From Hemiscyllium ocellatum (Eukaryota), in NCBI RefSeq assembly GCF_020745735.1, contig NC_083421.1, positions 53,683,001 to 53,747,000 on the forward strand: a DNA stretch of 64,000 nt, read 5' to 3'. Of this stretch, positions 39,984 through 50,318 are shown piece after piece. Position numbers and translations under genes: made by a program. How positions within the stretch are numbered: position 1 is the stretch's first letter; each line of letters starts with the position of its first letter. A model generated the notes under the pieces. That model was not told the origin of the DNA and ran no database searches. It was given only the letters and a program-made list of their open reading frames with translations.

Positions 39984-42401
39984 CTAACTACCACCCATCT
40001 TTTCTCTTACTTCTAAAGGAAGTGACTCAACAACATGCGGCTCTATCACAAGTCCATTTAACTTCAACATTGGGCATTGTCCTATTTCCACTGGGAGTTT
40101 TTCCATGTAGTTTCCTTGAAGTTCCAGCTGAGATAATTGGCTGAGCTTTGAGATCTTCCCACTTATGCTCGAGATTAAGTTGTTGCTCAGCTTCAGAGTC
40201 ATGAGCTTGTTACATTTGAAAAGCTGATCTGGTAAAGTTTCTATTTTATTGTTCCCCAAATCCAAATTGTATAGGTTTTTGAGATTCCCAACATCACTTG
40301 GAAGCACAGAAATATTGTTGCTGTGTAAATCCAAGTAACGCAGTTTATCAATCATGAAAAGGACTTTTGGTAAAACCTCAATATGGTTGTTATTTAAGTA
40401 AAGATACTCAAGCTCCTTAATTAAATTAATAGTTGCAGGAATAGTCTTGATCATATTGAACCAGAATTTCAAACACGATAACTTTTGCAAATATTGTAAA
40501 TTGGAAACATCCTCAATTTTGGTAAGGTTGTTACCTTTAAGATCCAAAACTTGAAGATTGGATAAGGCATATGTGGCAGTTGGGATTTTATCCAGTTCAC
40601 AGTTGTGAAGTTCAATTTGGGTAAGATTGACCATTTTCTTTAAGATACTCAGACTCGAGATCTTAGTCTTATCATTGTGAATGCAAAGTTTCAGCAGATG
40701 TAATGCAACATCGATGATGGTGGAGGGTATTTTAGAGAGACTTGTTTTTAGGTACAGGACTCTCAGAGAGCGAAGCCCCTTCATGGGTTCCAGTTCCACA
40801 CCTTTTTTCTCAATTGCTAGCTTTCCAGTGAGATATAACTCTTTGAGCTCAATCAGTTTGTAGATCCAATCAGGGATTTCATCCCGACTCACATATTTAA
40901 TTCCCAACTTCTTGAGTTGATATTTCAGCCACGTCAAAGCAGATGGTGTAACTTCAGTCACACAGTGTGAGAGCCAGATTTCCTCCAAATGCTCCAGCTG
41001 GGTTATTTTGTTGGATATTTTAACATTACTACAAAGTTCAAGCCTTAACACCTGTAATTCTGTAACTTCATAGACTGATTCAGGAATTCCTGATAGCATG
41101 AAAAGATACAACTCATACTGGTCTTTCTTCGTTTTTGTGACATTTTGCTTTACCTTCTCCACCGTCCAATCATTATTTAAACTTAATAATTTTAATTTTT
41201 GCTCACTCACTTCTGAGAGGAAGACTGTGAGACGTTTGGAGTATAGAGTGTCATATTGATCAATCAAATGCAACAAGAAGGCAAAGTCATTTGATACCTC
41301 AGGGATGTCACTGAACTGGCTTTCAACTTTTTTCTCAAAGGAGTAACTTCTCAAAGGATTTCTGAAAACCCAACATATTGTATGGATGCAGAGGATCCAA
41401 TAAATAATCACTAAACCTAGATACAACAGGGCCATTTTACTAACAAAGCGGGCAGTGCTATAGGTACAATCAAAAGCCTTGTAATAAACCAACTTTAGTG
41501 CATTGGGTTCACACAGGTTATTAAAGTCAACTACATAGATATAGGCTGGAAAGTATCCAATGATAATTAAACAATGTATTGTTTTGAATAATGTTTGTCC
41601 AGCATATAATTTATAAATTGTGTCTTTCTCTTCAACATGAAGTCTAAATTTCCTTACTTTCTCAAACAAAGCTTTGGCTTGCTCTGCCTCCTTTTTGTCC
41701 AGGGTTGAGTCATATACTGAAACATTTGAGTGAATACGTGTGGGAGCTTTAGCAAGAGAGGAATCCCCTTTAATACTGATTTCATCCTTTTCACTTTCAC
41801 TGGGTTTCTGTGATGTTACCATTTCTTCCTGTTCTCTGGAATCTACACAGACTGCTGTGGATAGTGCTTTGGTTGTCCAAGGTGACTGAAAACACTTTTG
41901 AAGGATGTCAAGAAATTGTTGCAATTTGGAACTTGTTTTAGGATATGTGAAGCAGAAGTTACTGCAGATAATCAGGACAACTGTATGGAATAAAATTAGA
42001 TAAGAGAAGAACCTGGTAAACCAGGGAATTTGGCTGTAACACATTTGATTGACATACCAGTACTGCCAAATGTACAATTTTGTAACCCTTCCATTGTGAA
42101 TAGAAATAGATGGACTGGATTTTGTATGCTCATCTGGATTTGCACTAATATCATCTGCTTCTGGAGTATTTTGCAAGATTGAACTTGTCTCATCTTGTGT
42201 GTTTTGTTTGGCTTCATCATTCTCACCGAGGTGTGGCAAACAGAAAGTCTCATCCATGTAAAGTTGAATACTACAGCCAAAGATAGCCAAGAATAACATG
42301 ATAATAGTCAGATAATCCATAAAAGTGTCCCACCAAGGTTTGAAGACCCGGTAGGCTGGTTGCTTGTCTTCCAAAATTGAAATATCACTGAATGAAAACA
42401 T
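39984..42401 (-). CDS. LRRC8-family VRAC subunit, LRRC8D-like paralog 1 (805 aa, single coding exon)
   Basis: N-term MFSFSD...QPAYRVFKPWWD, 4 TM pannexin-like domain with 4 extracellular Cys, SPWTTKALS, LDKKExEQAKALFEKVRKFRLHVEE, DFAFLLHLIDQYD, C-terminal LRR array. True ATG at 42401 follows acceptor tttcag|GT; the ORF-track 19-aa extension is intronic. AATAAA at 39848-39843. Confidence 0.93.
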   Translation of the reverse strand: MFSFSDISILEDKQPAYRVFKPWWDTFMDYLTIIMLFLAIFGCSIQLYMDETFCLPHLGENDEAKQNTQDETSSILQNTPEADDISANPDEHTKSSPSISIHNGRVTKLYIWQYWYVNQMCYSQIPWFTRFFSYLILFHTVVLIICSNFCFTYPKTSSKLQQFLDILQKCFQSPWTTKALSTAVCVDSREQEEMVTSQKPSESEKDEISIKGDSSLAKAPTRIHSNVSVYDSTLDKKEAEQAKALFEKVRKFRLHVEEKDTIYKLYAGQTLFKTIHCLIIIGYFPAYIYVVDFNNLCEPNALKLVYYKAFDCTYSTARFVSKMALLYLGLVIIYWILCIHTICWVFRNPLRSYSFEKKVESQFSDIPEVSNDFAFLLHLIDQYDTLYSKRLTVFLSEVSEQKLKLLSLNNDWTVEKVKQNVTKTKKDQYELYLFMLSGIPESVYEVTELQVLRLELCSNVKISNKITQLEHLEEIWLSHCVTEVTPSALTWLKYQLKKLGIKYVSRDEIPDWIYKLIELKELYLTGKLAIEKKGVELEPMKGLRSLRVLYLKTSLSKIPSTIIDVALHLLKLCIHNDKTKISSLSILKKMVNLTQIELHNCELDKIPTATYALSNLQVLDLKGNNLTKIEDVSNLQYLQKLSCLKFWFNMIKTIPATINLIKELEYLYLNNNHIEVLPKVLFMIDKLRYLDLHSNNISVLPSDVGNLKNLYNLDLGNNKIETLPDQLFKCNKLMTLKLSNNLISSISGKISKLSQLSQLELQGNYMEKLPVEIGQCPMLKLNGLVIEPHVVESLPLEVREKMGGS

Positions 42402-44949
42402 ACCTGAAATAAATGCAAAAACTTCAAGCAATATTTGAAACATATATTTTGTAAACATTTAGGTCAAGGGTAGCATTGTGATGATATTACCGGACTAGTA
42501 ATAATAAAATTGCTAATATAGGTGGGACTAGTTTAGTTAGACATTATGGTTGGCATGGACTGTTCGGACCGAAGGGTCTGTTTCTATGTCGTATGATTCT
42601 ATGACTACAAAATGGAGCTCAGAGACACAACTTAAAATTCCATCATTTTAAATTAAATGCAATGACTTAATAAATCTGGAATTAAAAAGCCAATCATCAT
42701 GAAAATCATGGAATTACTGAATGTTAACACTATCACAAAGGCAAACTGAGAAACAAGAATTGTAGTATATCAATAAAGTCCTTGACCTGCTTTGACAAGT
42801 ATTATTCAAAACTTACGTGAAGTTTCCTGAGTTGCTGTGTCATGTAATCTCCTGTTGCCTGAATAATTAAAGTCTCAGATCAAACAAATAAATATTTGGA
42901 TATAAATTGTAACCTAAAACTTAAAAAGGGTCTATCCTTCGTTCAATGTGAAGAGTGGGAGAGAATATCAGGAGCAGCATTAAGTACCGCCAAAAATTAG
43001 ATACGTACCTGTTGAAGCTACAAAATGGGACTAAACATGTGAAAATTCCCATGTATGTCCTGTCTACAAAAAGTAAAACAAATCTGATTCAAACTATTAC
43101 TGCTCTATCAATCCACTCTCAATCATCAAAAAATTGATGGAAGAGATTATCAACAACTGGCACCTATCTTGCAACAACTTGCTTGTCAATGTTCTGTTTA
43201 GATACAACCATGTCACCCAGTTCCAGAGGTCTTTATTTGAGCTGACGAGCATTGGTCCAAATATGAACAAAATAACAGAATACCAGAGGTGAATCGAGAA
43301 TGACTGTCCTTAGCATCAAGACAGCATTTGAATAAATATGACACCTAGAAAGAGTCCTGGAATATTGAGAACAATGGAAATCAGAGGAAAATCTCTACTA
43401 GTTGGATTCATATCTAGCACTGAAGAAAATGGTTCTAATCATCTCAGTCCAAAGATATCTCTGCAGGAGTTCCTCAAGTAGGCCTAATCATCTTCAATTG
43501 CTTAATCAATAATACTTCCTCAGACCTAAGATCAGGAATGTTGATCTTTGCTGATAGTTGCAGAATGTTCTGCATGATTTAGAAATTCAGATATTGAAGC
43601 AGTTCACATCTGCATTCAGCAAGGTCTAGCTTTAGTTGACAAGTGACAAGTAATGGAATCACCACACAAATGCCATTAAAAAGAAAACCCTATCTATATC
43701 TCCCCTTGACATTCATGGGCATTAGTATTGGTGGATCCTCCATTATCAACATCCTCATCTCCTATGGTTCTACACATAGACGGCCATGCCGATCTTCAAA
43801 CGCCCTATTCTCTCCCTAGTTACGCTTTTTCCCTTAATGTTACATTTAGAATCTTTTTGAATTCTCAACCTATCTGCCAAAGCTATCTCATTATAACTTT
43901 TTGTCCTCTTGATTTCCCTCTTAAGTATACTCCTACTGCCATTATAGTCCCTAGGGATTCACTCAATCGCAGGTATCTATATCTGATATATGCTTATTTC
44001 TTTTTCATGACCAGAGAATTAATTTCTCTAGTCATCCAGCATTCCCTACACCTCCCATCCTTGCCCTTCACACTAACAGGAACATACTGTCTCTGAACTC
44101 ATGTTATCTCACTTTTAAAGGCCTCCCAGTTTCCAACTGTCACTCCACCTGCAAACAGCCTCCCCCAATCAACTTTTGAAATTTCCTGTCTACTACCATC
44201 AACTTTGGCCTTACTCCAATTTCAAACATGAACTTTTAGATTAGATCTATTCCTTTTCATAACTATTTTAAAACTGATAGAATTCTAATCACTCGCCCCA
44301 AAGTGCTTCCCCACTGACATTTCAAGCACTTGCTCTGCCTTATTTCCCAAGAGAAGGTCAAGTTTTGTCAGTATGTTCACATATTGAACACACAGAGAGT
44401 TTATGCAGTGCTGGAGGAAGGCATTGTGGCACATATTTTTACTTACTCACGATAGGACTTTGGACTGGATTAAGTGAAAATACTGAAGCTAGCTTTTTCA
44501 ATAAACATTAGAATTTAACCATTTCGGTTTAAAAAAACAACACATGTTAACTTGAAGTTACAAAGTGAATAAGATATGTTTAGACTGTTTTGGAACTTGA
44601 CTGATATCTACCTCAGAAAGAAGGATGATGTTCTCACAAACAGATTTAGAACGTTTCTATTGATATGTTGAATTTTGAACTTTTGATTGTTTTCAATATT
44701 CTATTTTTTTAAAAATCCATATTGCTGGCCAAGCCAGCGATGCCCCCATTATGTGAATGGATAATAAAAAAAATTCAGACTTTGACATCAAAAACTGATA
44801 GTTATTACCTATCACTAAGCTGGTTGTCGTCTGATCTTTGAGTTTAGGACTGGCTTGAATTTCACATTGCAGATACCCTAGTGTCATTAACCAACTGAAA
44901 TATTTTGTTATTTTATTTAATGGTTCAAAACATGGGTGACTGATAAGAA

Positions 44950-45476
44950 ACGAAAAGCACAGCAGGTCAGGCAGCATCCGAGAATCAACGTTTCAGGCAT
45001 AAGCTCTTCATCAGGAATGTGGAGAGTGGGGGAAAGGGGGCTGAGAGATAAATAGGGTTAGGGTTAGGCTTGGGGATGGGGCTGGGGGGCAAGGTAGTTG
45101 GGAAAGTGATAGGTAGATACAGGTTGAGGGTGATGGTGATAGGTTGGAGGTGAGGGTGGAGTGGATAGGTTGCACCGCCCTCTTGAACTATCCTACCTGT
45201 CCATCTTCCTTCCCACCTATCTGCTCCACCCTCTGCTCTGACCCAGCACCCCCAACCTGCACCTATCTATCACCTTCCCAGATACCTTCCCTCAAGTCCC
45301 ATCCTCACCCTCATATTTATCTCTCAGACCCCTTCCACCTCCACATTTCTGATGAAGTGTCTATGCCCAAAACATCAATTTTCCTGCTCCTCGGAAACTG
45401 CCTGACTGGCTATGCTTTTCCAGTGCCACATTCTCCACTCTGATCTCCAGCATCTGCAGTCCTCACCTTCTCCTAG
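44950..45476. mobile_element. Two Penelope terminal fragments in inverted orientation
   Basis: G-rich minus copy 44953-45170 abuts C-rich plus copy 45171-45476. Confidence 0.75.
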
Positions 45477-45767
45477 TCACTGGTAAGAGAGACAAAGTCA
45501 TTTATTGTTGGATGTCACTTGAAGCAAGAAATATTTAAGAGCATTCATAGGACTGATTATGATTCGTAGGAGTAGCTATGATCAGATAGATTTCCTTATT
45601 TGGACTACTTATTTGTGGAAAGCATTTGATTAATAGTAAATCAGTTTCAAAAATGGACAGACAGGTAAAGATGCTAATATTGTTGTACACCCAGGAAACC
45701 AGGAAGCTATGACAGGGGAACTCTGCTATTAGTTTAACAAAATACCACAGGCTTTTAGTGTTTATTT

Positions 45768-46680
45768 AGAGTCATAGAGATGTACAGCAACTCATCATGC
45801 TGTGCATCTAGTCTAATCTAGATGTAACCCAATCCAACCCAATCTAGTCCCACCTGCCAACACCCACCCCATATCTCTCCAAACCCTTCCTATTCATATA
45901 CCCAACCAGATGCCTTTTAAATGTTGCAGTTGTACCAGCCTCCACCACATCCTCTGGCAGTCCATTCCACACGGGCACCAACCTTTGAGTGAAAAGTTGC
46001 CGCTTAGGTCTTATTTATATCTTTCCCCTCTCACCCTATACTTATGCCCTCTAGTTTCTGGACTCCCTCACCCCAGGGAAAAGACCTTGTCTACTTACCC
46101 TATCCATGCCCCTCATGATTTTATAAACCTCTATAGTGTCACTCCTCAGCCTCCGACACTCCAGGGAAAACAGCCCCAGCCTATTCAACTCAAATCCTCC
46201 AACCCTGCCAACATACTTGTAAATCTTTTCTGAATCCTTTCAAGTTTCACAATATCTTTCCAATAGGAAGGAGACAAGAATAGCACACAATATTCCAAAA
46301 GTGGCCTAACCAATGTCCCATACAGCCACAACAGTACCTCCCAATCCCTGTACTCAATACTCTGACCAATAAAAGAAAGCATACCAAACACCTTCTTCAC
46401 TATCCTATCCACCTGCGATTCCACTTTCAAGGAGCTATGAACCTGCACTCCAAGGTCTCTTTGTTCAGCAACACTCCCTAGGACTTTACCATTAAGTGTA
46501 TAAGTCCTGCTAAGGTTGCTTTCCCAAAATGCAGCATTTCACATTTATCTGAATTAAACTCCATCTGCCACTTCTCAGCCCATTGGCTCATCCGGTCCAG
46601 ATCCTGTTGTAATCTGAGGTAACCTTCTTTGGTGTCATCTGCAAACTTACTAACTATACCTCTTAAGCTCACATCCAAAT
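45768..46680 (-). mobile_element. CR1 LINE 3' fragment, same subfamily as 37836-38985
   Basis: KFADDTK, QVHSSLKVESQVDRIVKK; same tail. Confidence 0.92.
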
Positions 46681-46904
46681 GATTTGAAATATTAATTTAT
46701 GTAACCAAAAAGCAAGTGTATTTCAGAATTCAAACTTGAAGATTTGGCTGTTTGTCTTTTTTTTAAATGCCACAGTGGATCCATGTCCCACTACTAACCA
46801 ACAGAGCATACTGCAGATAACTAAATCACAGATCAAAGCTCATAGCATCGTACAAAGTGCAAGTTCCATCCAACCTACACACTATCCTGCCTTGGAAATA
46901 TATC

Positions 46905-47088
46905 AGTCAAAAAGTGTGGCACTGGAAAAGCACAGCAGGTCAGGCAGCATCAGGCCCTTCATCAGAGGGGCTTTTCTCCAGAAACATCGATTCTCCTGCT
47001 CCTTGGATGCTGCCTGACTTGCTGTGCTTTTCCAGCACCACACTTTTCGACTCTGATCTCCAGCATCTGCAATCCTCACTTTCTCCTT
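46905..47088. mobile_element. Palindromic Penelope terminal fragment
   Basis: Arms of about 46 bp: gtcaaaaagtgtggcactggaaaagcacagcaggtcaggcagcatc / gatgctgcctgacttgctgtgcttttccagcaccacacttttcgac. Confidence 0.75.
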
Positions 47089-47295
47089 AGAAATATATCA
47101 CCATTCTTTAAAGTAACTGGATCAAAATTCTGGAAGACCCTTCTTAACAGTGTTATGCATGTCCCTACACCCAGTGGTTCAAGGAGGCAATTCGTCACCA
47201 TCTTCTCAAGGACAGTTAGGATTGACAATAAATGCTAGCCTATCCAGTCACACATACATCATTTGATGAACGAAATTACAAACATTTGTACCGGA

Positions 47296-48900
47296 CCTGT
47301 TCAGCGTTTTCAATATTTTCTGTGTTTATCTCAGATTTTCAGAATCAGCAGTATTTGCTTTTGTAGTATATGTGTCGTAATTAGTACCTTTTTTTCCTAG
47401 GGAAAGATGTGCAAATAGAGTATAATGTGGGAATATGTGAAATTGTCCATTTTAGTAGGGGAAATATGAAAGAAACATATTATCCAAATGGTGTGTTTGT
47501 ACAGCTCTGAGATGCTGAGGGATCTGGGTGTTCAGATTTGTGAATTGCAAAAGATTACAATGCAGGTACGGCAAGAAATTAGGAAACCTAATATACTGTC
47601 ATTCTATATAGTAAGGGAATTGAATATTACAGTTAGGAGGCTATGTTTCTGTACAGATCAATAGAATACTAGGCACAGTATTAATCACCTTATTCATTGG
47701 ATGAAGTTTAGCAAAGATGTACTGAACTAAAACCTGGAATGGATATTGTCTTGTAAGGAAATATTAATCAGTAAATTATTAAGTTCAGAGTAAGGATAAC
47801 AAATGAAAATCCTGAGGGGTCTTGACAGGGTAGATGTAGAGAGAGGTATTAACTTGGAACAACAGCAGGTCATTCAGCCCTGTGATCCTGCCTGCTATTC
47901 AATAAAATCATGGCTGACCTTACTGTAGCCTCAACTTCTCATGATCATGTATTCTTGATAACTTTTCACTGCTTACTCGATTAGAATCTAACTACTTTAC
48001 TCCCTTAAAAATATTTAAGGACTCTGCTTCCAACAAGGGGCGGCACGGTGGCACAGTGGTTAGCACTGCTGCCTCACAGCACCAGAGACCCGGGTTCAAT
48101 TCCCGACTCAGGCGACTGACTGTGTGAAGTTTGCACGTTCTCCCCGTGTCTGCGTGGGTTTTCTCCGGGTGCTCCGGTTTCCTCCCACAGTCCAAAGATG
48201 TGCGGGTCAGGTGAATTGGCCATGCTAAATTGCCCGTAGTGTTAGATAAGAGGTAAATGTAGGGGTATGGGTTGCGCTTCGGCGGGTCGGTGTGGACTTG
48301 TTGGGCCGAAGGGCCTGTTTCCACACTGTAAGTAATCTAATCTAATCTAATTTTTCAGGGAAGTTCCAAAAATTCATAACTCACAGAAATAAAAGGTTTT
48401 GTCTCATCTCTGTTTTAAATGGGCAACTTCTGATTTTTTTTTAAGTGACCCTGAGTTCTGAACTCTTTAAAAGGGGGAAAAAAAACTCTCTCCACATCCA
48501 ACCTGTCAAGACCCCTCAGGATTTTCATTTGTAACCGTTACTCTGAACTTACTAATTTACTCATTAACATTTCCTTACAAGACAATATCCATTCCAGGTG
48601 TTAGTCCAGTAAACCTTTGCTAAACTTCATCCAATGAATTTGCAATTCACAAATCTGGACACCCAGATCCCTCAGCATCTCAGAGCTGTATAAACACTTA
48701 CCATTTGGATAATATATTTCTTTCTTATTTCCCATGCTAAAATGGACAATTTCAAATATTCCCACATTATACTATATTTGTACATCTTTCCCTAGGGGAA
48801 AAAAAGGTACCGATGACAACATATATACTACAAAAGCAAAATACTGCTGATTCTGGAAATCTTAGATAAACATAGAAAACGTTGGAAATGCTGAACAGGT
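47296..48900. repeat. Local inverted duplication (arms about 47296-47845 and 48485-48900)
   Basis: 47296-47550 is the reverse complement of 48639-48900, and 47693-47845 of 48485-48638, with scattered mismatches. Confidence 0.9.
48037..48350 (+). mobile_element. Young tRNA-derived V-SINE (HE1-like), full length
   Basis: A box tggcacagtgg, B box ggttcaattcc, V-domain gtttgcacgttctccccgtgtctgcgtgggt, CR1-like tail ending (TAATC)n. Confidence 0.9.
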
Positions 48901-50318
48901 TTGGTAGCTTCTGTTGAGAGTGAAACAAAGGTTGTGTTTTAGATGTCTTATCACTTCATCAGAACATGTAACGGGTTTTATGTAAGTGAAGGAGGGATAA
49001 AGGGAAAAAGCCAAAACTGAAAATTTTTGATAGGACTGAGGGTAATAGAGATCAAATGGCAAAAGATGGAGGGGCCAAAGGGAGGGTTAGTGAGACATAC
49101 AAAGCAATGAAGGATGGCAGGATTTTCAAAGTGCCAATGGGTCTGGACTAGAGGAGGGTGGGCTGGAATTTAGCATGTCCGTCTGTGCAATTCATCCTGT
49201 CCCCAAGCCATTTTCGAGAAGGCTGATTTAGGGATGCAATGACTACCTGTCGGCAGGTTAGGTAAAGTTGCCATAGTCCCAGACGCTGACCTACTGACTC
49301 CCGGATGTGCCATAGACCTACCAGAGCACAGGGCTGCTTTCTCATTAGAGAGAGAAATGACTGGCGGTGGGTTAAGCTGAGGGTCATTACAGCTCAGGCA
49401 AGGGGAGAGGTTGGGAAGAAGTGTCCTTCTGCCAGTGTTGGATTTGAAACTAAGCTGTCTGTCTCACTCTTTGTTGCAACCCAGCTACTGAGAGCAACTG
49501 AGCTAACCCCATCTGTAGGATACAGGTAACCAACTCATATGATTAATATGTATATTAAAGTTTCTCCAGAAGTCGCACTAGACTCAAAGTTTAATTACAT
49601 TTCTGTCTCAACATATACTGCCAGATTTGCTGAGTTTCTCCAGCACTTTTTTTTGTTAATTTTTATATGTTTTGAGAGCAGTGTATGAGTCCTTTTACAT
49701 CTAGTGCATTGCTGACTGGAGTAGTACTCCACACCATGTTAAACTCATCTGGTGTTAGAAACCTCCTGCTGCCCCACCTTAGGAATAGATTAGTATTTGT
49801 GTCCTGAGTTATCCTGCAAGTAAAACATCTTTGTGAAACAGACACAACTTTGCACTGAAACTAGATACCTTAATACTACTTTTAATAATTTGAAATGTGT
49901 GATTAGTGATTATTGTTCAAATACAAATTATACCTCAAGCCCAGAAAAAAAATGCATGTTCTTCTTTAAAATTTTATTCGAGTTGTATTTGTGTTCAACT
50001 GTGACTAGCCTGTATAAACTAAAATGTTCCAGGAAGCATTTTGTTCAGAATTTCACCAACAATTAATTATGAATCTCGATGGCATCGATTGGGTTATGTC
50101 CTGGTTCATTTTAGTTGCATAACATACAGAAATGGCAAATTCTTATTTTGTTATTCACGAATTGACAGGTTTAGCCACACTTCACAATTTCATGTTAGAA
50201 CATATTAAAGTAATTTTTATTTTGATCTGAGTCTGTTTGCGTTCCGATACATTTCCAGAATATGTAGTCAAGTGTTTCCTTTTGAATTATTATGGGTTCG
50301 TTGGTCACATTTCTTGTT

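Noticed and set aside
42402-42458. N-terminal extensions given by the ORF track (MFTKYMFQ... and MCSG at 52815-52826)
   Set aside because: Both overlap polypyrimidine tract and AG acceptors; LRRC8 homology starts at MFSF.
37836-46680. Inward-facing same-subfamily CR1 copies flanking paralog 1 as the cause of the duplication
   Set aside because: The CR1 copies are far more similar to each other than the two genes are, so they post-date the duplication; inverted orientation would not give a tandem direct copy.
48037-48110. tRNA-like A/B boxes
   Set aside because: SINE head continuing directly into the V-domain; not a tRNA gene.
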